Shown here piece after piece: positions 29,003-39,286 of a stretch of DNA of 64,000 bases. A model generated the notes under the pieces. That model searched no databases and had not been told where the DNA came from. It was given only the letters and a program-made list of their open reading frames with translations. Origin of the DNA: Candidatus Caccoplasma merdavium (GTDB taxonomy: Bacteria > Bacteroidota > Bacteroidia > Bacteroidales > UBA11471); assembly GCA_018715595.1 (NCBI GenBank), contig DVLI01000020.1:12586-76585 (forward strand), in the 5' to 3' direction. Every line of letters begins with the position of its first letter. Position 1 is the stretch's first letter. The position numbers were made by a program, and so were the translations under genes.

Positions 29003-29785
29003 ATGAGTGTATTGTCTCCCTCCGAAGTTCTCGCTACGGCCGAGAACGCCGCATTACAAAAAATATCTTTTCGTTTACGCAAGACGTTGATTCTGGCTAT
29101 CCTGGCCGGCATCTACATCGCCATGGGCGGTCTGCTGTCGCTCATCATCGGATATGGATTTCCCGGAATCACGGCCCACAATCCCGGCCTGCAACGGCTC
29201 TTGTCGGGAGCCATGTTCCCGCTGGGACTTATCTTGGTGGTCTTTGCCGGTGCGGAATTGTTTACCGGCAACAATGCGGTGCTAATTCCCGGGCTCTGCA
29301 ACCGGAAATATGGCATTTGGCCACTTTTGCGCAACTGGTTGTGGGTGTATGTGGGCAATTTCATCGGAGCCTTCTTCTTTGTTTACCTCATGGCACACAC
29401 GGCCGGCATCGTCGATGCAGAGCCTTGGCACTCGGCCATCAGACAAATTGCCGAAGCCAAAACGAGCCTCCCCTGGGGAACGATTTTTATAAAAGGTATC
29501 GGAGCCAACTGGTTTGTGTGCCTGGCCGTATGGTTGGGATTTGCTTGTCGCAGCGCGGCCGGAAAATTCATCGGGCTTTGGTTCCCCGTCATGTGCTTCG
29601 TCGCCCTTGGCTATGAACACAGCATCGCCAACATGTTCTTTATCCCATTGGGCATGTTGCAGGGAGCCGACGTGAGTGTCGCCGACTTTGTGCTGCACAA
29701 CCTCATTCCCGCTACGCTCGGCAATATCGTGGGAGGAGCCTTTTTTGTCGGCGGGCTTTATTGGTGGGCATACCGGGAACGATAA
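29003..29785 (+). CDS. Formate/nitrite transporter (FNT/FocA family)
   Basis: AELFTGN, GIGANWFVC, GYEHSIANM and TLGNIVGG motifs. Confidence 0.93.
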   Translation: MSVLSPSEVLATAENAALQKISFRLRKTLILAILAGIYIAMGGLLSLIIGYGFPGITAHNPGLQRLLSGAMFPLGLILVVFAGAELFTGNNAVLIPGLCNRKYGIWPLLRNWLWVYVGNFIGAFFFVYLMAHTAGIVDAEPWHSAIRQIAEAKTSLPWGTIFIKGIGANWFVCLAVWLGFACRSAAGKFIGLWFPVMCFVALGYEHSIANMFFIPLGMLQGADVSVADFVLHNLIPATLGNIVGGAFFVGGLYWWAYRER

Positions 29786-29807
29786 GACGTCTTGTTGCAG
29801 GGACGGA

Positions 29808-31694
29808 TTATATCCACTCCCCCAATTCGAGCCAGCGCATCGACTTCTCGTCGAGCTCCTCGATGAGACGGCTCAGGGCCAAAGATTTCTCCTGTAATTC
29901 CGTGGCCGATAGCGTTCCCGACGACAATGCGTTCTCTATGGCGGCTTTCTCAGCTTCGAGACGAGGTATGGCCTCATCGAGTTCGTCATACTCTTTTTTC
30001 TCCTTGAACGTAAGCCGGCGACGCTGTGTCGGGGCATCGGCATTGGCCGGACGGGCGGGTTTTGCCGCCGGTTTCTCTGCGGATTTGGCGGCCGCAATCC
30101 GTTTCTCTTCGTTCTCCCGTTCGGCTTTCCAACGTCGGTAATCGGAATAATTGCCGGGGAAATCCCTGATTTTCCCCTCCCCTTCAAAGGCCCATACATG
30201 GTCGACCACTTTATCGACAAAATAACGGTCATGCGAGACGACAATGACACACCCCTTGAAATGGGCCAGATAATCTTCGAGCAAATTGAGGGTGACAATG
30301 TCGAGGTCATTGGTGGGCTCGTCGAGCACCAGGAAATTGGGGTTGTTCATGAGTACCGTACAGAGATAGAGGCGGCGTTTCTCTCCCCCGCTCAATTTGT
30401 AAATATAGTTATACTGGGTCTCGGGCGTGAAAAGGAAATGTTGCAGGAATTGTGAGGCCGAGAGTTTTTTCCCGTCACCCAATGATATTTCTTCGGCAAT
30501 GTCCCGCACGGCATCGATGACTTTCTTCTGGTTGTCGAACTGTATGCCTTCTTGACTGTAATATCCAAATCGAACCGTTTCCCCGACATCTATCGTTCCG
30601 CCGTCGGGCGCAATCTGCCCGATAAGCAATTTTATGAAGGTCGATTTTCCGGCGCCATTGTTTCCCACGATGCCCACCTTCTCATACCGGGCAAACGTAT
30701 AGGAAAAGTCCTCAATGATTTTTTTGTCATCGAAGTGTTTCGACAAATGTTTGATTTCGAATATCTTCGAACCAATATATGAGGATTTCACAGCCAAAGT
30801 GACATTATCCTCGACCTTTTCCCGACGCGCTTTCTGTTCGAGGTCATGAAAGGCATCGATGCGATATTTGGCCTTGGTCCCCCGAGCCTGAGGTTGGCGA
30901 CGTATCCAGTCGAGCTCGGTGCGCAGGAGGTTGTTGGCACGGTCTATCTCGGCATTCCGGGCCTCGATGCGCTCTTGCCGTTTTTCGATATAATAGCTGT
31001 AATTTCCTTTATATGAATACAATGCCCGCGAATCGATTTCGATGATGCGATTGCATACCCGGTCGAGAAAATAGCGGTCATGTGTCACCATGAGCAGACT
31101 CACCCGGCTATGTGAAAGATAATCTTCGAGCCATTCGGTCATTTCGAGATCGAGGTGGTTGGTGGGTTCGTCGAGAATAAGCAAGTCGGGCTCCGAAATC
31201 AGCACATTGGCCAAGGCGACCCGTTTTTGTTGTCCTCCGGAGAGTTGCCCCATAGGCTGCTCGTAATCGTTGATTTTCAGCCGGGACAGGATTTGCTTCA
31301 CCCGTTGTTCATAATCCCAGGCTTTGTATTGCTCCATACGAGCCATCAACCGGTCAAGCTCCGACACGTTGTTGTGCGCCATGGCCAACTCGTAGTCCCG
31401 TATGGTGCGAGTCACTCCACTATCGGCTGCAAAGCAGGCTTGCAAAACAGTCATTTCGGGCTGAAAAACAGGCAATTGTCGCAAATAACCCACCCGAATG
31501 TCGTTGCGGAAAGTAATGGTACCGGCATCGTAACTTTCATCGCCGGCAATGATATTGAGCAGGGTCGTCTTGCCGGTACCGTTTTTGGCGACAAGCCCCA
31601 CCCGTTCCCCCTCGGAAAGGCCAAAGGCTATGTCGGAAAAAAGGACCCGGTCACCAAACGACTTGGAGAGTCCCTCGATTTGCAGATTTATCAT
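29808..31694 (-). CDS. ABC-F family ATPase (Uup-like)
   Basis: Two NBDs (LSGG, DEPTN, SHDRYF), no membrane domain, C-terminal coiled coil. Confidence 0.92.
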   Translation of the reverse strand: MINLQIEGLSKSFGDRVLFSDIAFGLSEGERVGLVAKNGTGKTTLLNIIAGDESYDAGTITFRNDIRVGYLRQLPVFQPEMTVLQACFAADSGVTRTIRDYELAMAHNNVSELDRLMARMEQYKAWDYEQRVKQILSRLKINDYEQPMGQLSGGQQKRVALANVLISEPDLLILDEPTNHLDLEMTEWLEDYLSHSRVSLLMVTHDRYFLDRVCNRIIEIDSRALYSYKGNYSYYIEKRQERIEARNAEIDRANNLLRTELDWIRRQPQARGTKAKYRIDAFHDLEQKARREKVEDNVTLAVKSSYIGSKIFEIKHLSKHFDDKKIIEDFSYTFARYEKVGIVGNNGAGKSTFIKLLIGQIAPDGGTIDVGETVRFGYYSQEGIQFDNQKKVIDAVRDIAEEISLGDGKKLSASQFLQHFLFTPETQYNYIYKLSGGEKRRLYLCTVLMNNPNFLVLDEPTNDLDIVTLNLLEDYLAHFKGCVIVVSHDRYFVDKVVDHVWAFEGEGKIRDFPGNYSDYRRWKAERENEEKRIAAAKSAEKPAAKPARPANADAPTQRRRLTFKEKKEYDELDEAIPRLEAEKAAIENALSSGTLSATELQEKSLALSRLIEELDEKSMRWLELGEWI

Positions 31695-31842
31695 ATATCA
31701 GAGTTCTATTTTGGCGGGACTAAATTAGTGATATTTTCTCGAACCTTCCTCAACAGCCTTCGCCAAAGAGCGATTTCCTTTCTCAAAAAAGCGGTTTATC
31801 ATAAAAAACGAGGGCGAAACACTTCTTTTTTTGATTTTATGC

Positions 31843-31872
31843 TTTGTGTTTCGAATTTAAAGTTTAACTTTG
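31843..31872 (+). promoter_or_regulatory. Putative promoter with no adjacent long ORF
   Basis: TTTG-N18-TAACTTTG. Confidence 0.55.
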
Positions 31873-32063
31873 CTTCGCAAAAAATAAGAGGCATATGCCT
31901 CCCAATCTCGTTCACCTCATTTCATACTTGAAAAACACCCCGGCGACATTTGGTTCGCCCACAAGAAGGTTCTCATCTTTATGTCGAGTACATATGCAGT
32001 CAATCTTCGTTTTATCTACCACTATCTTTTCATAAGGTTACGGGAATTTATTCCCTCATAGAT

Positions 32064-32111
32064 AAAATAACAACTCCGACAGAATTTTCTTCTGCCGGAG
32101 TTGTTATTTTT
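32064..32111. terminator. Strong hairpin/terminator in an intergenic region
   Basis: AAAATAACAACTCCG-A-CAGAA / TTCTG-C-CGGAGTTGTTATTTT with T runs on both strands. Confidence 0.75.
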
Positions 32112-32234
32112 CACCGGTATCAATCACACACGTTGCAAGCGTTCGAGTCGGGATAAAAAAGTACCCGACATCGTGTATTCCTTTGGCATGCCGTTTATTT
32201 CTCATATCTTTATCGCACATCATCATTTAATGCC

Positions 32235-32567
32235 ATGAATCTTAAAAGACTTTGCCTCGTTGTAGCCGGAGTACTGCTGCTCCTCCCCTCCATGGCGCAA
32301 ATGCCCGAACGAACTCCCGAAAACATTGAAAAATGCCTTGTTTTCAAAGGTCTCTTGCATTATGGTTACACCGAAGAGGCCCGGGAATTGGCCGAGAAAA
32401 CCATACTTCTGCTGGGACGGGACTATGAGCGATTCGGCGCCTTGCACGAATATTATCTGCCCGATAACGGCGAACCGGTTCTGAATAAGGGTTTCCAAAA
32501 TTGGAATCTTCTCGTGCTGAACATGGCGGCATGGCTCGACTGGAAAGAAACGGTGTCGGAATTTTAA
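32235..32567 (+). pseudogene. Internally deleted (alpha/alpha)6 glycoside hydrolase (GH63/GH37-like): signal peptide fused to the C-terminal ~75 aa
   Basis: Signal peptide plus short mature N-terminus joined to LVFKGLLHYGY...LHEYY...NWN, a typical C-terminal segment of trehalase/MGH1-like barrels; only 110 aa. Confidence 0.65.
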
Positions 32568-32591
32568 TGCACCGCGTTTCGCATATAAGCA

Positions 32592-32633
32592 ATCGAGGCA
32601 TACCCTTGAAGAAGGGTATGCCTCGATGTTTTC
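32592..32633. terminator. Terminator between the GH remnant and rlmB
   Basis: ATCGAGGCATACCCTT-GAAG-AAGGGTATGCCTCGAT followed by GTTTTT. Confidence 0.8.
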
Positions 32634-32657
32634 CATCTCCGGCACAGCGGACAACGA

Positions 32658-33395
32658 CTATTGCATGCGCTGACGCACCACTTCATATATCATGACACCG
32701 GCCGCCACCGACACATTGAGCGACCCGATGCGCCCCACTTGGGGCAATGCCACCTGCGTATCGCAATAGCGAAGCGTTTGCGGCGAAAGCCCCACATCTT
32801 CGGCGCCCATGACCACGGCCACAGGCCCCGTGTAATCGGGTGCGGTATATAATTCTTGCGCCTTCTCCGAGGCTGCCACGATTTTCACGCCGCTGTTGTG
32901 GAGGTAATGCAAAGCCTCTGCAATGGAGCGTTCGCGACACACGGGCAGATGCAAAAGGGCCCCGGCCGAAGTCTTCACCGCGTCGGGCGTAACCGACACG
33001 CTACCACGCTCGGGAATGACAATGGCATCGACGCCGGCACACTCGCAGGTGCGGGCTATGGCACCGAAGTTGCGCACATCGGTAAGCCCGTCGAGCAATA
33101 CCAGGAAAGGCATCTTCCCCTCCTCATAAAGCGTCGGCACAATGTCTTCGAGACGCATATAAGCAACCGGCGATATAAAGGCAATGACCCCCTGGTGGTT
33201 CTTGCGGGTGATGCGGTTGATTTTCTCAATCGGTACACGCTGCACAAAAATATTGGTACCTTTTATCTCATTCAAGAGTTCTTGTACCAAATCGCCTTGC
33301 AACTCTTTCTTGATAAGTATCTTGTCGATTTCTTTTCCGGCCTTGATGGCTTCGATGACAGCCCTGATGCCGAAAACGAGGTTGTTTTGTTCCAT
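32658..33395 (-). CDS. rlmB: 23S rRNA 2'-O-methyltransferase RlmB (SpoU family)
   Basis: NHQGV, DVRNFGAIAR, MGAEDVG and SLNVSVAAG motifs. Confidence 0.92.
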   Translation of the reverse strand: MEQNNLVFGIRAVIEAIKAGKEIDKILIKKELQGDLVQELLNEIKGTNIFVQRVPIEKINRITRKNHQGVIAFISPVAYMRLEDIVPTLYEEGKMPFLVLLDGLTDVRNFGAIARTCECAGVDAIVIPERGSVSVTPDAVKTSAGALLHLPVCRERSIAEALHYLHNSGVKIVAASEKAQELYTAPDYTGPVAVVMGAEDVGLSPQTLRYCDTQVALPQVGRIGSLNVSVAAGVMIYEVVRQRMQ

Positions 33396-33416
33396 ATAAA
33401 ATGAGTGTGTGATGTA

Positions 33417-35081
33417 TTATTTCCGGTTCAATAATTCACGGGCGTTTTTCATGGCGGCGTCGGTAAGCTGGCTACCGCTCAACATGCGGGCCACCTCCTG
33501 CACACGTCGATTGTCGTCGAGAAGTTCGATGCGGGTCTGCGTAGTCTCCCCGTCCTCATCTTTATAGATTCGGTAATGAGTCTTTCCACGCGAAGCGACC
33601 TGCGGCAAGTGTGTGATGGCGATGACCTGCATATAACGGGCCATACCGGCCATGATTTCGCCCATCTTGTCGGCAATCTCGCCCGACACGCCGGTATCGA
33701 TTTCATCAAAAATGATGGTGGGCAGGGCTGTCGCATCGGCCGCCAGCGACTTGATGGTGAGCATGAGACGGGATATTTCCCCACCCGATGCGATGTCGGC
33801 CACCGACTCCAACGGCCGATTTTTATTGGCCGAGAAGAGATACCTCACCGACTCTGTCCCGTCGGCATCGAAAGCCTCTTTGGGAAGCCATTCGACTTCA
33901 AACCGCAAATGAGGCATGCCCAGCGGACGCGCCCGCTCGATGAGTTTCTCGGTAAAGCGGCCGGAGGCTTCATGGCGCACCGCTGAAAGCCGGGCGGCCA
34001 GCGCGCGCAACGACTCTTCCCGGAGAGAGAGTTGCTTTTGCAACAAGGCCAACTGCTCGTCGGAGTGGTCGATTTCATCGAGTCGCTCTTTGAGGTCGTC
34101 CTGCAAGGCCAGCAACTCTTCGAGATTGGCAAGCCGATGTTTCTGCTGCAAGCCATAGAGCAGGTCGAGACGCTCCTCGACTTGCTGCAACCGCGCGGGG
34201 TCGACCGATACCGACTCCTGACGGTCGTCGACCTCGGAGAGTATGTCTTTCATCTCGATATAGGCAGAGTCGAGGCGTTCGCCCAGCGGCTCCACCGCCG
34301 GATAGATGCGTTGCAACGAACGCAACGTCGAGAGGGATTCTTTCATTTTGGAAAGAAGGCCACCTTCATCGTCGCCCAAAGAGCACGACACCGAATAGAG
34401 TGCCGTCTTTATCTCCTCGGCATGGGTGAGCATCTCCTGCTCCTCTTCGAGAGCCGATTGTTCACCCGGCTGCAAATGGGCATCGCACAGTTGCTCATAC
34501 TGGAAACGGAGATAGTCTTCTTCTTTGCGTTTCTCTTCACTCTCACGACGCAGGCGGAGCAGTGCGTCGCCCAGTTCGCGATAGCGCTTGTACTCGGTCC
34601 GGTATTGAGTCAGCAGTGCATCATCATCGGCCCAGACGTCAATCATGCGCAACTGGAAACGGTTATCGCCGAGAAGAAGATTCTGATGTTGCGAATGTAT
34701 GTCGATCAACTGTTCACCCAGTTCTTTGAGGAGTGAAAGCGAGACGGGTGTGTCGTTGACAAAAGCCCGGCTCTTTCCCGCCGGGGTAAGTTCACGTCGC
34801 AACACACACAGCCCCGAATCATCGTAGTCCAAATCATTCTCCTCAAAAAAAGGCCGCATCGCATACGACGATATATCGAACGTCCCTTCTATCACCGTCT
34901 TTTGCGTCAAGTCCTTGACGGCTTTGGTATCGGCACGCTGTCCGAGAATGAGAGAGAGAGCCCCCATGATGATGGATTTTCCGGCTCCTGTTTCTCCGGT
35001 CAGCACGGTAAAACCGGGACGCAAATCGATTTCCAGTGAATCGATAAGGGCGTAATTACGGATAAATAGTTTTTGTATCAT
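33417..35081 (-). CDS. recN: DNA repair protein RecN
   Basis: GETGAGKS, IHSQHQ, ASGGEISR, FDEIDTG and ITHLPQVA motifs. Confidence 0.96.
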   Translation of the reverse strand: MIQKLFIRNYALIDSLEIDLRPGFTVLTGETGAGKSIIMGALSLILGQRADTKAVKDLTQKTVIEGTFDISSYAMRPFFEENDLDYDDSGLCVLRRELTPAGKSRAFVNDTPVSLSLLKELGEQLIDIHSQHQNLLLGDNRFQLRMIDVWADDDALLTQYRTEYKRYRELGDALLRLRRESEEKRKEEDYLRFQYEQLCDAHLQPGEQSALEEEQEMLTHAEEIKTALYSVSCSLGDDEGGLLSKMKESLSTLRSLQRIYPAVEPLGERLDSAYIEMKDILSEVDDRQESVSVDPARLQQVEERLDLLYGLQQKHRLANLEELLALQDDLKERLDEIDHSDEQLALLQKQLSLREESLRALAARLSAVRHEASGRFTEKLIERARPLGMPHLRFEVEWLPKEAFDADGTESVRYLFSANKNRPLESVADIASGGEISRLMLTIKSLAADATALPTIIFDEIDTGVSGEIADKMGEIMAGMARYMQVIAITHLPQVASRGKTHYRIYKDEDGETTQTRIELLDDNRRVQEVARMLSGSQLTDAAMKNARELLNRK

Positions 35082-35099
35082 AAACCTTCGTCAAAAGGA

Positions 35100-35993
35100 T
35101 TATTTGCGTAACGACTCGATGCGGCTGGTCTCGGTGGGATAAAGCCGGTTGAGGATTTTATAGACTTCGTCTTTTTCCTGCCGGGGAGCTTCGGAATAGA
35201 TGTTGACCACCTCATCGAGTTTGCTGTCGTTGAAGAGGGGCAGCAACACCGATGTCGAGGAGAGTTCATACACCTCGACCAACTTTTTGAGGGCTTCGGA
35301 CACCTTGGCACGTCCCTTGTCGACACTGAGGGCCATTTCGTCGAGTCCCAGCCGGTGATAGGTGTACCACAATTCCCTGAACGGTTCATTGCGGGTCTCG
35401 ATAAAGGCCGACATGAGGGCGTGCCGGTTGCGGTTGCTGCCAAATCCCGTCCACCCGATTTCCTGGGTCGACTGCCCCATCGTCACCAAGTTCTCGGCCT
35501 GCCGGAAGAAATATTCCCCGCCTTTGGGTGAAAAGCTGTCGAAATCGATGCCGAGAATCATATAGACATAAAAATCGAGCACCCCGGTAAGGTTGTTTTC
35601 CATCGTCATCTCATTGTGCACCAAAGGGTCATACTCCTGATAGGTAAACTCAAACTCGGTATCCCTGAAATTGAGCATCGTGGTGGTGTAGGAAGAGTTG
35701 TAGACGGGACGTCGCGACTGCACCTGTATCTCGCAGGAGTAACGCGTGTCGGTCACCGAATTGACAATGATGAGTATGCTGCAATCGATTTTCTCGTTGG
35801 CGGCAATCTGTGCCTCGCTCCACTTGCGTGTGTTGATATACTCGGTAATTGCCTGTTGCAAGGTATTGAATACCTGCTTGTTGGTGCCTTGTATCTTATC
35901 ACTGTTGACCTGTACGCGGCACGAGAGTTCCTGTGCCGGCACAACCCATGCCGGACAAAGTATGAGCAAAAGCAACAAGCCCCATTTTTTCAT
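35100..35993 (-). CDS. DUF4835 family exported protein
   Basis: Signal peptide, AQELSCRV, VQSRRPVYNSSY and YHRLGLD motifs; lies between coaBC and recN. Confidence 0.8.
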   Translation of the reverse strand: MKKWGLLLLLILCPAWVVPAQELSCRVQVNSDKIQGTNKQVFNTLQQAITEYINTRKWSEAQIAANEKIDCSILIIVNSVTDTRYSCEIQVQSRRPVYNSSYTTTMLNFRDTEFEFTYQEYDPLVHNEMTMENNLTGVLDFYVYMILGIDFDSFSPKGGEYFFRQAENLVTMGQSTQEIGWTGFGSNRNRHALMSAFIETRNEPFRELWYTYHRLGLDEMALSVDKGRAKVSEALKKLVEVYELSSTSVLLPLFNDSKLDEVVNIYSEAPRQEKDEVYKILNRLYPTETSRIESLRK

Positions 35994-36036
35994 CTTGCGA
36001 GTTTTCTTTTATATACGGGCAAAACCGTTATTTATT

Positions 36037-37242
36037 TTATTTCCGGTCGAGACAAGCGGTCAATGCATCGACAATATCGGCAGCCACTTCGAGCTTGCTT
36101 TTTACCGGATACTCGACCGAATGCCCGTCGCGGTGCCATATCGTGACCTTGTTGGTATCTCCCCGAAAACCGGCGCCGGAATCGCGCAACGAATTGAGAA
36201 CGATAAAGTCGAAATTCTTACGCTGCATTTTCGCCTGCGCATTTTCGGCCTCATGGTCGGTTTCGAGGGCAAAACCCACCAGGCGCTGTCCGTCCCGTTT
36301 TATCTTGCCCAGCTCGGCAGCAATGTCTTTGTTGGGCTTCAACACAATAGTCAGGTCGTCGGCATTGCGTTTCATCTTGGTCTCGTGATATTCGGCAGGA
36401 GCATAATCGGCCACGGCGGCGCAGCAGATGGCGGCATCGGCATCGGCATATTCGGCCATGGCGGCACGATACATCTCCTCGGCGGTCTCCACGTCGATGC
36501 GCCGTATCGAGGCACAAGGAGTGGGCAGGGTGACGGGGCCGGTGACAAGCACGACGCGTGCTCCGCGTTCGGCACAGACCCGAGCCAACGAAAATCCCAT
36601 TTTCCCCGAAGAGTAGTTGCCAATGAAACGCACAGGGTCGATTTTTTCGTAAGTGGGGCCCGCGGTAATGACAATCTTGCGGCCCTTCAACGATTGACGG
36701 GAAGCAAAGAATGCCTCGATGCGCTCCACGATGCGGTCGGGTTCCTCCATGCGGCCTTTTCCTTCGAGATGGCTGGCCAACTCGCCGGTTGTCGGCTCGA
36801 TGATGTGATTGCCATAAGAGCGCAACTTTTCGAGATTGTGTTGGGTCGTGGGGTGGGCATACATGTCGAGGTCCATGGCCGGAGCGACAAAAACCGGAGC
36901 CTTGGCCGAGAGATAGGTGGTGATGAGCATATTGTCGGCAATACCGTTGGCCATCTTGCCTATCGTGGAGGCGGTAGCGGGGGCTATCAACAGGAGGTCG
37001 GCCCACAGACCGAGGTCGACATGGCTGTGCCACGTCCCGTCGTTCGCCGAGAAGAACTCACTCACCACGGGCTTGCCGGTAAGTGCCGACAAGGTCACGG
37101 GCGTGATAAATTCCTTTCCCGCAGGCGTAATGACAATTTGCACTTCGGCCCCTTTCTTTATCAGGGCCCGGGTGAGATACGCCGCCTTGTATGCGGCAAT
37201 GCTTCCCGTGATACCGAGTATGATTTTCTTTCCCTGCAACAT
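36037..37242 (-). CDS. coaBC: Bifunctional phosphopantothenoylcysteine decarboxylase/ligase
   Basis: GITGSIAAYK, PATASTIGK, PAMDLDM, ITAGPT and NYSSGKMG motifs. Confidence 0.95.
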   Translation of the reverse strand: MLQGKKIILGITGSIAAYKAAYLTRALIKKGAEVQIVITPAGKEFITPVTLSALTGKPVVSEFFSANDGTWHSHVDLGLWADLLLIAPATASTIGKMANGIADNMLITTYLSAKAPVFVAPAMDLDMYAHPTTQHNLEKLRSYGNHIIEPTTGELASHLEGKGRMEEPDRIVERIEAFFASRQSLKGRKIVITAGPTYEKIDPVRFIGNYSSGKMGFSLARVCAERGARVVLVTGPVTLPTPCASIRRIDVETAEEMYRAAMAEYADADAAICCAAVADYAPAEYHETKMKRNADDLTIVLKPNKDIAAELGKIKRDGQRLVGFALETDHEAENAQAKMQRKNFDFIVLNSLRDSGAGFRGDTNKVTIWHRDGHSVEYPVKSKLEVAADIVDALTACLDRK

Positions 37243-37303
37243 GAGAACTTCGTTTGGGCGGAACGGCAAGACGTGTAAACTGTCTTGCCGTTCCGGAGGG
37301 TTT

Positions 37304-38074
37304 TTATTTCTGGTTGAACGAACGCAACTTGATGTTGGTTATCACATTTTTGGTGTTGAGAGGGAACTCGCCCTGCATCATCCAGCCGTAATAGCCGGTG
37401 TCGACCTTGAATACTTCGGCGACCGAACGGCCCTTGTACTTTCCAAAATTGAATACCTCTACCCCTTGCTCGTTGTAAACGATACGCCCGGCCAAATCGA
37501 CATTGCGGGTATAGGTCGTAAAATCGGCCAGGGAGGCCACATCGTTTTTGAGTTGCGGATAACGGTCGAGCTGCGCTTTGAGCACCTCATAAGTGGCTCG
37601 TGTATCGGCCTCGGCCGCATGCGCATCGTTGAGGTCCTTGTCGCAATAAAACTTATAAGCGGCCGAGAGGGTACGTTGCTCCATCTTGTGGAATATGGCC
37701 TGCACGTCGATGAGTTTGCGCCGGGAGATGTCGATGGAGACTCCGGCTCGCAACAACTCCTCGACCAGCAGAGGCACATCGAAACGATTGGAATTGTACC
37801 CGGCCAAGTCGCACCCTTCGAGGTCGGCGGCAATGGTCTTGGCCACCTCCTTGAAGGTGGGACAGTCGGCTACATCGGCATCGGTAATCTTGTGCACGGC
37901 GGTTGCCTCGGGAGGTATGGGCCGGCCAGGGTTGATGCGCATCGTCTTCGACTCTTCGCGTCCGTCGGGGAAGACTTTCAGATAACTGATTTCCACGATA
38001 CGGTCGGTCGAGATGTTGATGCCGGTTGTTTCGAGGTCGAAAAAGACCAACGGATTTTTAAGATTCAACTGCAT
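37304..38074 (-). CDS. DEDDh 3'-5' exonuclease (DNA polymerase III epsilon-like)
   Basis: FDLETTG, GYNSNRFD and AHAAEAD motifs; directly downstream of dnaN. Confidence 0.9.
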   Translation of the reverse strand: MQLNLKNPLVFFDLETTGINISTDRIVEISYLKVFPDGREESKTMRINPGRPIPPEATAVHKITDADVADCPTFKEVAKTIAADLEGCDLAGYNSNRFDVPLLVEELLRAGVSIDISRRKLIDVQAIFHKMEQRTLSAAYKFYCDKDLNDAHAAEADTRATYEVLKAQLDRYPQLKNDVASLADFTTYTRNVDLAGRIVYNEQGVEVFNFGKYKGRSVAEVFKVDTGYYGWMMQGEFPLNTKNVITNIKLRSFNQK

Positions 38075-38085
38075 GGGGCGACTGC

Positions 38086-39210
38086 TTAGTCTTTCAACAT
38101 CATGGGCATGAGCAACATCAGAAGGTCTTCGTCGGGCTCATTCTCTCCGGGGAGAAGAATGCCGGCACGACCGGGATCGGCCAAGTCGACGCAGACTTCT
38201 TGCGAACTGATGTTGTTGAGAATCTCGACCAACTGGGTGGCGCTGAACCCGATGCACATCGTGTCGCCGATATAGTTGCAGGTAAGGCTCTCATCGGCGG
38301 CAGTGGAGAGGCCGGCATATTGGGCCGAAACCACCAGACGATTGGGGCTCAAATCGAGACGTACAAGCGAATTGGCCGGGTCGGAGAAGACCGATATACG
38401 CCGCAACACACTGATGAACAAGGTGCGGTCGATGATGAGACGGTTGGTATTGTTTTGCGGGATAACCGACATGTAGTTGGGATAACGACCTTCGATAAGA
38501 CGGCACACGAGGACGAAATTGGATAGATGGAAACAGATATTCTTCTCGTCGAACTCCACGGTGATGTCGCCGGCCTCCTTGGCAAGGATATTCTTCAACA
38601 ACGACGCCGGTTTCTTGGGCAGAATGACGGTTGACTCGATTCCCGATTTTACCGACGTATTCCGGCAACGCACCAAGATATATCCGTCAGAAGCGACAAA
38701 GACGATATCATCGGGGTGAATGTCCATGCACACGCCGTTCATGACCGGACGCAACTCGTCATTGGCTGCGGCAAAAAGGCTGCGGGTGACCCCGTTGAGC
38801 AATACCGAAGCGGGCATCGTGAAACGGGTGGCATTTTCGCTCATGGGCGGACGTTGGGGATATTCGTTGCCGTTCACACCCACAAAATTGTATTTTCCAT
38901 TTTGGTAGTAGAGGAAGATTTCCAAATTCTCATCATTCACCTGGAAGGTCAATGGCTGCTCGGGCAACTCACGCAACGGGTCGAGAAGAATCTTGGCCGA
39001 CACGGCAAAAAGACCGGTGCCTTCGGCTTCGATGAGCTCGATGGTGGTGGTCATGGTGGTTTCCTGGTCAGATGCCGTAATCGTCAACTGTTTCCCGTCG
39101 AGCGAGAAAAGGAAGTTGTCGAGAATAGGCATGGAATTTTTGGAGTTGATGACCCGACCTACGGTTTGCAGGTGCGAGAGCAGCAAGGTGCTTGATACGA
39201 CAAATTTCAT
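38086..39210 (-). CDS. dnaN: DNA polymerase III beta clamp
   Basis: MPILDNFLF, ELRPVMNGV, VASDG, EGRYPNY and LLMPM motifs. Confidence 0.96.
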   Translation of the reverse strand: MKFVVSSTLLLSHLQTVGRVINSKNSMPILDNFLFSLDGKQLTITASDQETTMTTTIELIEAEGTGLFAVSAKILLDPLRELPEQPLTFQVNDENLEIFLYYQNGKYNFVGVNGNEYPQRPPMSENATRFTMPASVLLNGVTRSLFAAANDELRPVMNGVCMDIHPDDIVFVASDGYILVRCRNTSVKSGIESTVILPKKPASLLKNILAKEAGDITVEFDEKNICFHLSNFVLVCRLIEGRYPNYMSVIPQNNTNRLIIDRTLFISVLRRISVFSDPANSLVRLDLSPNRLVVSAQYAGLSTAADESLTCNYIGDTMCIGFSATQLVEILNNISSQEVCVDLADPGRAGILLPGENEPDEDLLMLLMPMMLKD

Positions 39211-39278
39211 ATATGTGTAGTTTTTTATGTTGTTGCAAGTTCCACGGCAACCCGAAACGAGCCGCCCCTATGAAGAAG

Positions 39279-39286
39279 CAAATATA
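39279..39286 (-). promoter_or_regulatory. -7 promoter element for the dnaN operon
   Basis: Minus-strand TATATTTG about 70 nt upstream of the ATG. Confidence 0.55.

Noticed and set aside
31950-32156. 68-aa ORF in the ABC-F/GH spacer
   Set aside because: It uses a non-ATG start, runs through a strong terminator and has no motifs
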